This document shows, one piece after another, positions 1 through 9,175 of a stretch of 33,640 nt of DNA. The stretch spans positions 1 through 33,640 of the IMG/VR virus record IMGVR_UViG_3300028588_000064; one strand, given 5' to 3'. Under the pieces are notes generated by a model. That model did no database searches, was not told where the DNA came from, and worked only from the letters and a program-made list of their open reading frames with translations. Source of the DNA: a virus. Taxonomy: Duplodnaviria > Caudoviricetes. Position numbers and translations under genes: made by a program. Within the stretch, counting starts at the first letter, position 1. Every line of letters starts with the position of its first letter.

Positions 1-65
1 GTCGCGCTTTTTCCCCCCTGCTGTAGTGGGGAAAGCCCAAGATCAACAGTGAGGCTTTGTGCCTA

Positions 66-83
66 TCTGCTATAGTGGGGGTA
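66..83 (+). promoter_or_regulatory. Extended -10 promoter motif (TGCTATAGT)
   Basis: TCTGCTATAGTGGGGGTA matches the motif repeated about 14 times in the window; upstream of SPFH gene. Confidence 0.6.
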
Positions 84-113
84 ATTAACCCTGCAACGAT
101 GGGACGTCAGGTC

Positions 114-959
114 ATGTTTTGGATTTCTCTGCTCGTGCTCGCCGCCGGATGCGGTGCGCTGCTGTTCCGCCAGGTCGGTGCCGCACTGATCGCGCTCGGC
201 ATGGGCCTCGCGCTGCTCGTGCTGGCCAGTTTCTCGCTGGTGCCCACGCGCAACGTCGGCATCGTGACCGAGTTCAGTAAGCCGACCAACCGCACGACCG
301 GTGCCGGCCTGAAATGGCACGCGCCGTGGCAAGGCATCGATGACTGGGACGCGTCCCGGAACACGTTCGACCGGCTCGGCAAAAACTGCCTCTGGGTCAG
401 CGTCTCTGGTGGCCGCGCGTGCATCGCCGTTCAGGTCGAGTGGAGCGCGAAGGCCGAACACGCACCCGAGGACTGGGCCGCGTACAAAGAGGTGGACGGT
501 ATCGATGGCGGCCGGTTCGGGACGTTCGTTGCCCGTCGGGTGACGCCGCAGATGGACGCTGCGATCACTACGGCTTTCACCACGTTCAATCCCCTTGGTC
601 AGATCGACGCCAAGACCGGCGCCCTGAAGGCGCCCGACCTGAACAAGGAATACCGGGACGCGCTGGCCGGCACTCTCCAGGCGAACCTCGGTCAGTCGAT
701 CACCGTGGACTCGATCGCCTTCGGTACGCCGACCTACGACGAACCGACCACCAAGGCAATCTCCGCGTTCGGGCAGAAGACCCTGGAGGCTCGAAACCTG
801 GAGGTCGACAAGGCCAACGCGCTGACCCGGGCCGCCATCACCAAGACGGACGCCAGCGTGGATCAGGTGGCGCGCTGCCTCCAGATCGCCGAGAAGCTCG
901 GGAAAGAGCCGGGCCTGTGCATGGGTGCCGGCGTGACGACCACCCGGCCGGTCGGCTGA
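114..959 (+). CDS. SPFH/band-7 family membrane protein
   Basis: Two N-terminal TM segments then VPTRNVGIVTEFSKP..GAGLKWHAPW, typical band-7 start; start codon uncertain (99 or 114). Confidence 0.75.
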   Translation: MFWISLLVLAAGCGALLFRQVGAALIALGMGLALLVLASFSLVPTRNVGIVTEFSKPTNRTTGAGLKWHAPWQGIDDWDASRNTFDRLGKNCLWVSVSGGRACIAVQVEWSAKAEHAPEDWAAYKEVDGIDGGRFGTFVARRVTPQMDAAITTAFTTFNPLGQIDAKTGALKAPDLNKEYRDALAGTLQANLGQSITVDSIAFGTPTYDEPTTKAISAFGQKTLEARNLEVDKANALTRAAITKTDASVDQVARCLQIAEKLGKEPGLCMGAGVTTTRPVG

Positions 960-970
960 GTTTCCGCACC

Positions 971-1006
971 CAGAACGCCCCGGACCACGTGTTCCGGGGC
1001 GTTCTG
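971..1006 (+). terminator. Hairpin terminator
   Basis: 14-bp perfect stem CAGAACGCCCCGGA/TCCGGGGCGTTCTG just after the stop at 959. Confidence 0.7.
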
Positions 1007-1025
1007 CTGTTATAGTCGACGTATG
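1005..1025 (+). promoter_or_regulatory. Leaderless promoter
   Basis: TGTTATAGT (hexamer 1011-1016), 6 nt, ATG 1023; no SD sequence. Confidence 0.7.
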
Positions 1026-1565
1026 ACCACCACCGTCAAGCTCGATCTCACCCAGAGCAACAACGGCCGAGTCATCCTGAACGGCCTCGACGTGAGCACC
1101 GCGATCGCCGGCGTCACCGTCAACGCCCAGGTCGGCGAGATGACCAGCGTCCTGCTGCGGCTCCCGGCCGCGGCCGTCACCATGGACGGCGTCGCCAAGG
1201 TCAAGCTGGCGCCGCAGATCCGGGAGATCCTGGTGGCCGCCGGCTGGACGCCGCCGCAAGAGGGTGGCCTTTTGGTCATGTTCCCGAATGACATCTCGGT
1301 CGAAGAGATCGAGCGGTTCCGACAGGAATTCGCCAAGAGGGTGGGTCGGACGTCTCTCCGTGAGGCTATCGAGGCGTTGCACCGGGAGCTGGCCCTGGAC
1401 GAGGATGGGTCCCGCTGGAAGGTCGGTGGTGAGATCCAGCGCGCCGAGGTCATCGACCGCCTGGCCGCCGCGCTGAAGCTGGAGGAAGTCCAGGATGACG
1501 GGGACCCCGATCGAGACACGGGGGCCGGCCTTCGACTCATGCGCGAGAGAGGAATGCTTCCCTGA
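1023..1565 (+). CDS. Hypothetical protein
   Basis: 180 aa ORF, GC3-rich codons, promoter directly upstream. Confidence 0.75.
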   Translation: MTTTVKLDLTQSNNGRVILNGLDVSTAIAGVTVNAQVGEMTSVLLRLPAAAVTMDGVAKVKLAPQIREILVAAGWTPPQEGGLLVMFPNDISVEEIERFRQEFAKRVGRTSLREAIEALHRELALDEDGSRWKVGGEIQRAEVIDRLAAALKLEEVQDDGDPDRDTGAGLRLMRERGMLP

Positions 1566-1726
1566 TGCGCTTCCGCCTGAAGCTCGGTCCGTTCGTCTAC
1601 GACGAGAAGCTGGGCCAGAACCGCGACCCCCGGCCGTCCCTGCTGACCGCGGGCGATCTCGCCGCGCTGGCCTTCGCCGCGGGCGCCCTGGTGTTTATGG
1701 TCGTGATGGTGGTCCTCGGTGGGTGA
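1565..1726 (+). CDS. Small membrane protein, 53 aa (not in ORF track)
   Basis: TGATG overlap with previous gene; MRFRLKLGPF...LAALAFAAGALVFMVVMVVLGG has a C-terminal TM helix. Confidence 0.65.
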   Translation: MRFRLKLGPFVYDEKLGQNRDPRPSLLTAGDLAALAFAAGALVFMVVMVVLGG

Positions 1727-1919
1727 CCCGTTCGGTCTGACGCTGGAGCAGCGCACCCGGTCCGACCTTGTCCAGTCGTGGACAGATCTGCTCGCCAAGG
1801 TTGAGCGCAACCGCAAGATGATCGAAGTCTTGCCGCCGGGAGCGGTCGTGCGCATGACCGGCTGGGGCGGCCCGTACCCGGATCGCACGCGTGAGGAAGT
1901 CCTGGAGATGATGATCTGA
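1719..1919 (+). CDS. Hypothetical protein
   Basis: 66 aa ORF overlapping both neighbours, fills the operon. Confidence 0.6.
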   Translation: MGDPFGLTLEQRTRSDLVQSWTDLLAKVERNRKMIEVLPPGAVVRMTGWGGPYPDRTREEVLEMMI

Positions 1920-2272
1920 TGGGTGACCGCGCAGCCCGCCTCGCCGCTGATCTGAAGGTGGACACCCTGTCCGGCCCGGCCCGCGCGCTGGCCGAGGAGG
2001 CCGTCCTGGTGGTCGAGCGGCTGGAGAGCTTGGACGCCCAGCTCCAGGGCCGCGAGGACACGTGGCTCGGGGTCCGGAGGATCCTCGGCACCGATGTCGC
2101 GGTGGTCGAGATCAACGCGCCGCTGGCGGAGGCTCGCCAGCAGGGCCTTGCCCTACGGGCCCTGCTGGCTGACTTCGTCAAGCTGACCGGGGCCGCCCCG
2201 GTCGAAGTGCCGGCATCCAAGGCTGATGAACTGGCCAAGAAGCGGGAAGATCGCCGCGCACAACAGGGCTAA
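1919..2272 (+). CDS. terS: Terminase small subunit (probable)
   Basis: 117 aa, helical, INAPLAEARQQGLALRALL and C-terminal DELAKKREDRR typical of actinophage TerS; upstream of TerL. Confidence 0.7.
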   Translation: MGDRAARLAADLKVDTLSGPARALAEEAVLVVERLESLDAQLQGREDTWLGVRRILGTDVAVVEINAPLAEARQQGLALRALLADFVKLTGAAPVEVPASKADELAKKREDRRAQQG

Positions 2273-2294
2273 CGTCTGCTATAGTAGGGGTATG
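2272..2294 (+). promoter_or_regulatory. Leaderless promoter
   Basis: ACGTCTGCTATAGTAGGGGTATG; hexamer 2280-2285, ATG 2292. Confidence 0.7.
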
Positions 2295-2474
2295 ACGACG
2301 CACAGCATCACCTGGTGGGTTTGGGCGGGGTCCGAAAAGATCCGGCGCACGTCTCGGATGCGTGGCACCTGGGGCTACGACGCTTCGTGCTCGTGCGGTT
2401 GGGATACCCGGACCGGCGGCGCCGTCAAGCGACACATCACTGACGAGATCTGGTACCACAAGCGCGGGCTTTGA
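2292..2474 (+). CDS. Small CxC..H (possible Zn-binding) protein, 60 aa
   Basis: MTTHSITWW...YDASCSCGWDT...IWYHKRGL; start re-assigned from promoter motif. Confidence 0.7.
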   Translation: MTTHSITWWVWAGSEKIRRTSRMRGTWGYDASCSCGWDTRTGGAVKRHITDEIWYHKRGL

Positions 2475-2482
2475 TCTTCGCC

Positions 2483-2518
2483 TCACCCCTGATCACGTAC
2501 GCTGGTGATCGGGGGTGA
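2483..2518 (+). promoter_or_regulatory. Hairpin overlapping the terL ribosome-binding site
   Basis: TCACCCCTGATCAC/GTGATCGGGGGTGA 14-bp stem (one G-U) ending 3 nt before ATG 2522. Confidence 0.55.
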
Positions 2519-2521
2519 TTC

Positions 2522-4012
2522 ATGTCCGAGCCAAGCTGGCTCCCGCGGTTGTTGCACTACCCGCCGGCCCCGTTCACCTCCGGGCCTGAGTTCACCGAGC
2601 TGGCCGCGTCTGCCGGCCTGATCCTGGACGACTGGCAGTCCGGGACTCTGGATCTAGGCCTGGGTGAGCGCGCGGACGGCAAGTGGGCCAGCTTCCAGAA
2701 CACCATCGTGGTGGCCAGGCAGAACGGCAAGGACGGCATCTTTGAGGCCCTGGGTCTTGGGTGGTTGTTCCTCACCGGGGAGCGGTTGATCGGCCACAGC
2801 GCTCACGAGTACAAGACCGCCATGGAGGCTTTCCGCCGCCTGGTGGGCCTGATCGAGAACACCGACGATCTCCGCCGCAAGGTCAAGAAGATCATCAATA
2901 CGAACGGCGAAGAGGGCATCGAGCTGCTCGACGGCCGCCGCATGCGCTTCCTCGCTCGGTCCAAGGGCGCCGGCCGTGGGTTCTCGTTCGACAAGATGAT
3001 CTGGAACGAGGCCTACGCCCTGACAGCCGCCCAGGTCGACGCCGTCCTGCCGACCATGAGCGCCAGGCCCAACCCCCAGCTTTGGCTCGGCTCCAGCCCT
3101 CCGCTCGACGCCGCGACCGGTGAGGCCCTGTTCCGTGCGCGCCGCATGGCGGAGGCCGGTGCGCCTGGCGTGATGATGCTGGACTGGGGCCTGGCCGCCC
3201 GGCTGGACAAGATCGGTCCGTGCGCCGCCGACAACTGCTCGCACCAGGTCACCGAAACAGGATGCATCCTGGATGACGAGTCGATGTGGGCTCGGACCAA
3301 CCCGGCGTACCCGAACCGGATCAACGCCGAGGCCATCAAGCGTGAGCGCGCCACCATGGATCCGGTCGGCTTCGCCCGGGAGCGGGCTGGCGCGTGGCCG
3401 CCTGACCTGTCGGACGGCTTCACCGTGATCAGCCGGGAGCAGTGGACCCGACTCCAGTCCGCGGCGGAACCCCCATCAGGCCGTCCCGCGTTCGCGGTGG
3501 CCGTCTCGTCCCGCAGCCTGGGCCCGGTCCGGTCGTCCATCGGCGTGGCCCAGCGCCGGACCGATGGCAAGGCCCACCTGGAACTGGTCATCTCTGGACC
3601 CGGCTCGGCCTGGGTGCCGCAGGCCCTGGCTCAGCTCCAGACCAAGCGGAGTCCGTGTGCGATCGTCATCGACCCGGGCTCCCCGGCCGGTTCTATCATC
3701 GCGGACGTCGAGGCGGCTGGCGTGATCGTCACCCCGATGGGCGCGCGGGACGTGGCCCAGGCGTTCGGCATGATCTATGATGCGGCCACCAGCGAAAACC
3801 CGGAGGGCCGTAACGTGGTGCACATCGGCCAGTCCGAGATCGCCACCGCGCTGAAGGGTGCCGGTACTCGGCCGGTCGGGGACGGGACGGCCTGGGACGT
3901 TAAGAACGCCGGTACCGACATCACACCGATCGACGCCGTGACAAAAGCATTGTGGGGCCTGGCCACCAAGGGCGCCGAGACGGAATGGGAGCCGCTGGTG
4001 ATGTACGCGTGA
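2522..4012 (+). CDS. terL: Terminase large subunit
   Basis: Walker A VARQNGKD, RGFSFDKMIWNEAY Walker B region, TNPAY and FARERAGAW motifs, C-terminal nuclease with DITPIDA. Confidence 0.93.
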   Translation: MSEPSWLPRLLHYPPAPFTSGPEFTELAASAGLILDDWQSGTLDLGLGERADGKWASFQNTIVVARQNGKDGIFEALGLGWLFLTGERLIGHSAHEYKTAMEAFRRLVGLIENTDDLRRKVKKIINTNGEEGIELLDGRRMRFLARSKGAGRGFSFDKMIWNEAYALTAAQVDAVLPTMSARPNPQLWLGSSPPLDAATGEALFRARRMAEAGAPGVMMLDWGLAARLDKIGPCAADNCSHQVTETGCILDDESMWARTNPAYPNRINAEAIKRERATMDPVGFARERAGAWPPDLSDGFTVISREQWTRLQSAAEPPSGRPAFAVAVSSRSLGPVRSSIGVAQRRTDGKAHLELVISGPGSAWVPQALAQLQTKRSPCAIVIDPGSPAGSIIADVEAAGVIVTPMGARDVAQAFGMIYDAATSENPEGRNVVHIGQSEIATALKGAGTRPVGDGTAWDVKNAGTDITPIDAVTKALWGLATKGAETEWEPLVMYA

Positions 4013-4221
4013 GCTGGCTTTTGTTCGAAGCGGAATTCCGGGCCAGGCAGGCCATGAAACAGGTCGGATTGCGGCTGATTCCCGAGCCTCTCGCCCATCG
4101 GCTAGGTCGGATATTGTGCACTAGGTTCGACATGCACGGCATCTCTTGCCGGGGCCGCAACGATCATATGGGCGAGGCCCGGTCGTCCTGGCACCCCGCG
4201 CTGAAGCGGTGGTACCTGTGA
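4009..4221 (+). CDS. Hypothetical protein, 70 aa
   Basis: GTGA overlaps at both ends (terL stop and portal start); codon usage less GC-biased than neighbours. Confidence 0.55.
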   Translation: MSWLLFEAEFRARQAMKQVGLRLIPEPLAHRLGRILCTRFDMHGISCRGRNDHMGEARSSWHPALKRWYL

Positions 4222-6494
4222 CCATTCGCCAGGAACTTGCCCGGTTCGGCCGTGAGTTGGCCGGCCGCCCCGAGGTCGTAGCCGGGGACATCGAGCGGTC
4301 ATACAACCGGGAATGGCAAGGATTTGTCGACGCCTACCTCCGGTATCAGGGCGGCATCTATCAGCCCGGATTCACCACGACCATTCCCGGCCAGAAAGCC
4401 GAGCCGGTACTGGACTCGTTCGTCGGTTACGTCCAGGGCGCCTACAAGACCAATGGCGTGGTGTTCGCGGTCAGCATGGCCCGTAGCTACCTGTTCACCG
4501 ATGTCACGTTCAAGTGGCGCCGGTACGGCCAGTCCGGCGGCGGAAACGATCTGTTCGGCAACGCCGAGCTGAGTCTCCTGGAGCGCCCCTGGCCCGGCGG
4601 GACCACGCAGCAGTTGCTGACCAGGGCGGAACAAGACGTCACGGCCGCCGGTACGTTCTTCGTCGCGCGCGAAGGCGACCGCCTCCGCCGGTTGCGGCCG
4701 GACTGGTGTGAGTTCATCCTGTCGGCGCCGCCACTGGAGGCCGTGCAATCCGACGTGGTCGGCATCAAGTACACCGTCGGAGGCCCGCATTCCGGCGGCC
4801 CGGCCCGGCTGTATCTGGTGGACGCGCCCGAGGGTGTGAACAAGGACGGGTACGCCGCGTTCTGGTCGCCGATCCCCGACCCGGACGCCCAGTACCGTGG
4901 CATGTCCTGGCTGACGCCCGTCCTCAAGGACAAGATGGCGGACCAGGCGGCCACCGATCATAAGCTCGCGTTCTTCGAGAACGCGGCCACGCCGAACCTC
5001 GCGGTGGCCCTCAAGGACACGGTCACCCCGGAGCAGTTCAAGGCGTTCGTCCGGACCATGAACGAGGCCTCGGCCGGCGTCGACAACGCATACAAGACCC
5101 TGTTCGTCGGCGGTGGCGCGGACGTAACCGTCATCGGCGCCGACATGAATCAGCTGGACTTTCGCAATACCCAGGGCGCTGGGGAGACCCGGATCTGTGC
5201 CGCCGGCCGGGTGCCGCCCATCATCGTCGGCCTGTCCGAGGGCCTGTCCGCGGCCACCTACTCCAACTACGCCCAGGCCCGGCGGGCGTTCGGCGACTCC
5301 TGGGCGCGACCCCAGTGGAAGTCGTTCGCTGGCTCGATCGAGCCGCTTCTGGACGCACCGCGCAACGCGGCCGGTGTGCGGGACGCCCAGCTCTGGTACG
5401 ACGTCGCGGACGTGGCCTTCCTCCGGGAGGATCTGAAGGACCTGGCCGACGTCATGTCCACCACCGTGGGCACGATCAACGCGGCCATCGCCGCCGGCTG
5501 GACCCCGGAGAGCGCACAGAAAGCCATCCTGGCCGAGGATCTCGGCCTGCTCGTGCACTCCGGTCTGGTCTCTGTCCAGCTCCAGCCTCCGGGCGGCCCG
5601 GCCGACGCGGACACGACCCAGCAGGACGCCACCGCTGAGCTGACAGCCAAGGTCGGCAACATCGCCAGCCTGGCGCCGCCCGGTGCGTTCGACCCGGAGA
5701 GCGTGGTCGAGGCCGTCAACGCCGGGGACCTCTCCAAGCTGGACGTGGTCGAGGTCGAGGAGGATCCGGCCCTGGCTGAGGATCCCGAGGTCGATCCGGC
5801 CGTCCTGGAGGAAGACCTGGCAAACGAGGCGTTGCGCGGCCGGCACGAATACGTGCGGGACGCCGATGGCCAGTTCGCGCACATTCCCGGCGGTTCCGGC
5901 AAGATCGGTCCCAAGCTCGGCCCGATCGCGGACCCGCTGAAGCTCAGTACCCGGATCAAGTTGGAGCCCGGAGAGACGTTCGCCGGCTCGGCCCGTGTCC
6001 ACGACCGGCGTGGTGATCAGACCACGGTCCTGGCTCGGGTCGAGACGGAGGCCGGGCCGCGGTTCCGGGTCGGTATCGTCCGTCCCGAGGACACCCGGGA
6101 ATGGCGCGCCGCCGACAAGGGCGGCACGGTGGAGCTGGACCGTGACGGCGCCGAGAACCTCCGCCACGTCATCCAGGACGCTCTTGCTGAGGGCAAGGCC
6201 AACGTCTCGGCGTACCGGGCCGGTCTCCGTGAGGCGAACAAGGCCGGCACCTTGGACGACATCGAGTGGGATCCCGAGGCCGAGATCGCCAAGGGGACGG
6301 TCACTGGCGCCCGCTGGGGAGACATCGCCTGGGAGCTGACCCGCGAAGAGGGCGACGAGTATCTGGACCTCGGCCCTGGCGGGAGCTGGTCACTCGGGCT
6401 GTCGATCGGCGGCGGCGAACCGTTCTACCTGGACAGCCCGGCGGCCGTCGGCAAACTGGACAAGGCCCTGGCCAACCTGATCGGAGCGTCCTAG
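4218..6494 (+). CDS. Portal protein with long C-terminal extension
   Basis: HK97-type portal motifs LLERP, YRGMSWL, FFENAATP, ICAAGRVPP, TYSNYAQARRAF; about 290 extra aa after the portal core; start re-assigned to GTG 4218. Confidence 0.88.
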   Translation: MTIRQELARFGRELAGRPEVVAGDIERSYNREWQGFVDAYLRYQGGIYQPGFTTTIPGQKAEPVLDSFVGYVQGAYKTNGVVFAVSMARSYLFTDVTFKWRRYGQSGGGNDLFGNAELSLLERPWPGGTTQQLLTRAEQDVTAAGTFFVAREGDRLRRLRPDWCEFILSAPPLEAVQSDVVGIKYTVGGPHSGGPARLYLVDAPEGVNKDGYAAFWSPIPDPDAQYRGMSWLTPVLKDKMADQAATDHKLAFFENAATPNLAVALKDTVTPEQFKAFVRTMNEASAGVDNAYKTLFVGGGADVTVIGADMNQLDFRNTQGAGETRICAAGRVPPIIVGLSEGLSAATYSNYAQARRAFGDSWARPQWKSFAGSIEPLLDAPRNAAGVRDAQLWYDVADVAFLREDLKDLADVMSTTVGTINAAIAAGWTPESAQKAILAEDLGLLVHSGLVSVQLQPPGGPADADTTQQDATAELTAKVGNIASLAPPGAFDPESVVEAVNAGDLSKLDVVEVEEDPALAEDPEVDPAVLEEDLANEALRGRHEYVRDADGQFAHIPGGSGKIGPKLGPIADPLKLSTRIKLEPGETFAGSARVHDRRGDQTTVLARVETEAGPRFRVGIVRPEDTREWRAADKGGTVELDRDGAENLRHVIQDALAEGKANVSAYRAGLREANKAGTLDDIEWDPEAEIAKGTVTGARWGDIAWELTREEGDEYLDLGPGGSWSLGLSIGGGEPFYLDSPAAVGKLDKALANLIGAS

Positions 6495-6997
6495 TGGCAT
6501 TCACTGAGCAACTCCACCCCCGCGGGACCGGGGCGGTCGGCGGCCAGTTCGTCGCCGCGGGCGCATCCAAGAGTGCTGCCCCGGCCGGGAGGACCGCCGG
6601 CAAGAAGGCGGTAGCGGCCAAGAAGGGTGGCGGAAACCTGTCGTTCGACGGCAAGCGCGGAGCCGGGTACGGCGTCAAGGGCGGGGACAAGCGGGTCAAG
6701 GCCCTCCAGACCGCACTGAACAAGCTCGGCCTGACTGACGGCGCCGGCAAGAAGCTGGCCGTCGACGGGAAGCTCGGGCCGCGGACGACGGCCGCCATCA
6801 AGAAGGCTCAGCGCAAACTGGGCCTCAAGGCGGACGGCGTCGTGACGCCGGCCCTACTGAAGCAGATCACCATGGCCAAGAAGCTGGAAAAGGCCAAGGC
6901 CAAGAAGGCGGCACCCGCCAAGAAGGCCGGCCCGCCCGAGCGAACGTTCAAGCGGCCCGCCCAGGCCAAGCCCATCGCGACCGTGCACAAGGGGTGA
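6494..6997 (+). CDS. Lys/Ala-rich protein with peptidoglycan-binding (PG_binding_1-like) domain
   Basis: VKALQTALNKLG..VDGKLGPRTTAAIKKAQRKLGLKADGVV; GTG start overlaps portal stop. Confidence 0.8.
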   Translation: MAFTEQLHPRGTGAVGGQFVAAGASKSAAPAGRTAGKKAVAAKKGGGNLSFDGKRGAGYGVKGGDKRVKALQTALNKLGLTDGAGKKLAVDGKLGPRTTAAIKKAQRKLGLKADGVVTPALLKQITMAKKLEKAKAKKAAPAKKAGPPERTFKRPAQAKPIATVHKG

Positions 6998-7749
6998 CCA
7001 TGCGAGAGATCATCGAGCGCTCGTTCGAGGTGGATGACTTCGACGTCAAGCGGTCCACCAAGGGCCGCACCGTCACCGCGTACGCCGCAGTGTTCGGCCA
7101 GGAGGCCGAGATCCGGGACGCCCACGGCCACTACTGGGAGGGCATCCACCGGTCGGCGTTCAACCGGGCCCTGTCCCACGGCATCGGCCGGGTCGGCGTG
7201 TTCTACAACCACGGGTACGACCTGTCTGGCAAGCCCAACGGACTGCTGGCCGTCCCGTTCGCCACGCCCGTCGAGATCAAGCCGGACGGCAAGGGCCTGC
7301 TGACGATCTCCCGCTACAACGACGGGGAGCTGGCGGACGCCGTGCTGGCCGCCTGGGAGGGTGGCCAGATCAAGGGCCAGTCCTTCCGCGGCGCCGTCTA
7401 CCAGACCAAGAAGTCCGGCAAGCGTGGTGCCCTGCCGTACCTGGAGCGGACTGAGCTGGGCCTGAAGGAATACGGCCCGACTCACTCCCCCGCGTACGAG
7501 GGCGCTGGCCTGGTGGCCATCCGCAGCCAGATGGAGCTTGCCGAGCTGATCCGGTCTATGATCAGCGACATGACCGGCACGCCGACGGCCCCGCCGGTCA
7601 CCAGTGGCACTCCCGACCCGGGACCCGCCGCCGCCGGGGACTCGCCCGAAGGGCACTCCAGCCGGACCCGCGCACGCCGCAACGTTCTGCGTATGCGTGC
7701 CCTGGACCTGGGAGTGATGGAACATGGCCAAGCGCCGCAGCACCACTGA
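6994..7749 (+). CDS. Capsid maturation (prohead) protease, HK97 family
   Basis: RTVTAYAAVFG, EGIHRSAFNRAL, VFYNHG, GQSFRG, LKEYGPTHSPAYEGA. Confidence 0.88.
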   Translation: MTMREIIERSFEVDDFDVKRSTKGRTVTAYAAVFGQEAEIRDAHGHYWEGIHRSAFNRALSHGIGRVGVFYNHGYDLSGKPNGLLAVPFATPVEIKPDGKGLLTISRYNDGELADAVLAAWEGGQIKGQSFRGAVYQTKKSGKRGALPYLERTELGLKEYGPTHSPAYEGAGLVAIRSQMELAELIRSMISDMTGTPTAPPVTSGTPDPGPAAAGDSPEGHSSRTRARRNVLRMRALDLGVMEHGQAPQHH

Positions 7750-9175
7750 CATCGCCGCGGACCTGGAGGTCCAGCGTTCGGTGATCACCGAAGTTGACGA
7801 GATGGACGACGCGAGCGACGACGACATTGCGCGCTCCGAGGCCGCCCTGGAAGCGTTCGAGACGCTCCAGGGTGAATACGCCGAGGCCCAGGCGTACGAG
7901 GACCGCGTGGAGGCCGTGCGCTCTGCCGGCACCTACGAGACGCAGACCGAGCCGACCGCTGGCCAGGCGCCGATCCAGCGGTCTCGGCGTGGCCCCGAGG
8001 TCAAGGCGTCGACGGACCCGTTCGAAATCCTCCGCGGTTCGACCCAGCACATGGGCGAGACGGAGATCGTTCGGGCGCTGCATGACTCGAACCTGAAGGC
8101 CATCGAAGAGTTCGAGATGCCCAAGGGTTACGAGGGCTCGTTTGAGACGATGATCAAGCGGCACAAGAAGGACGTGTCCTGGTCGCGCAACCTCCTGTCG
8201 CGGATGCAGCCCGACTACATCGGCGCCTTCGAGAAGCTCATGACCGGCCGGGACGTGTTCCTGACCGACGTCGAGCGGGCGGCGATCGCCGTCGGGACGA
8301 ACACGGCCGGTGGCTACCTGGTGCCGACGCACCTGGACCCGACCCTGATCCTGACCAACTCCGGAGCCAAGGACGTCGTCCGGGACATGTCCCGCGTGGT
8401 CACCCTGACCGGCGGGGCGAACAAGTGGAACGGCGTCACCACCGCCGGCTCCACCGCTTCGTGGGATGCGGAACTGACCGAGGTCAGCGACGACACGCCG
8501 CCGATCGCCCCCGTGCAGATCCCCGTCTTCTCGGCCAAGAGCCTGATCCAGGCGTCGATCGAGTCGTTCGAGGACATCACCGGCCTGGCGTCCGACGTCC
8601 AGATGCTGCTGTCCGACAGCCGTATCCGGCTGGAAGCCCTCGCGCACATGACCGGCAATGGCACCACCCAGCCGTGCGGCATCTTCACCGCCCTGGACGC
8701 CAACGTGGCGAGCGAGATCTCCCTGACCACCGGCTCCACCTTCACCCGGGCGGACCTCGCCGCGGTGGCCAACGCCCTCGGCGACCGGTGGACCGACGGA
8801 TCCCAGTGGCTCATGCACCCGGGGATGCTGGAGCGCATCGCCGCTCTCGGTACCGCCCTCGGCGCCAGCTACTCCACCGACATGACCCAGCGGCCCACGG
8901 ATCAGCTTCTGGGCTACCCGGTGCGCCGGTCGTTCACCGCGCCGAACGTCTTCCAGACGACCACGATCGACAACCTGCTGGTGTTCGGTGACTTCTCGAA
9001 CTTCGTCATCGTGGACAAGCCCGGCTCGACGTCGATCGAGTTCATCCCGCACCTGTTCAACGTCAGCAACAACCTGCCCGACGGTCGCCGGGCCTGGTAC
9101 ATGCACTTCCGGAATGGCTCGGACAGTGTCAATGACCTGGCGTTCCGCCTGCTCCAGGACAAGACCACCGCGTAA
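7724..9175 (+). CDS. Major capsid protein, HK97 fold
   Basis: Coiled N-terminal delta domain, AGGYLVP, TGNGTTQPCGI, WLMHP, LLGYPV, LVFGDFSNF. Confidence 0.93.
   Translation: MAKRRSTTDIAADLEVQRSVITEVDEMDDASDDDIARSEAALEAFETLQGEYAEAQAYEDRVEAVRSAGTYETQTEPTAGQAPIQRSRRGPEVKASTDPFEILRGSTQHMGETEIVRALHDSNLKAIEEFEMPKGYEGSFETMIKRHKKDVSWSRNLLSRMQPDYIGAFEKLMTGRDVFLTDVERAAIAVGTNTAGGYLVPTHLDPTLILTNSGAKDVVRDMSRVVTLTGGANKWNGVTTAGSTASWDAELTEVSDDTPPIAPVQIPVFSAKSLIQASIESFEDITGLASDVQMLLSDSRIRLEALAHMTGNGTTQPCGIFTALDANVASEISLTTGSTFTRADLAAVANALGDRWTDGSQWLMHPGMLERIAALGTALGASYSTDMTQRPTDQLLGYPVRRSFTAPNVFQTTTIDNLLVFGDFSNFVIVDKPGSTSIEFIPHLFNVSNNLPDGRRAWYMHFRNGSDSVNDLAFRLLQDKTTA

Noticed and set aside
1-36. Genome terminus or cos site
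   Set aside because: Only an imperfect hairpin (TTTCCCC/GGGGAAA) is visible; the window edge cannot be shown to be a physical end
1769-1784. Isolated TGTCCA-GTCG-TGGACA pair
   Set aside because: Single pair in opposite arrangement to the hairpin palindromes; could be chance without a statistical test
5590-6494. Intein or MuF/toxin domain in the portal extension
   Set aside because: No intein terminal motifs, the segment is terminal and not internal, and no catalytic motif I can recognise
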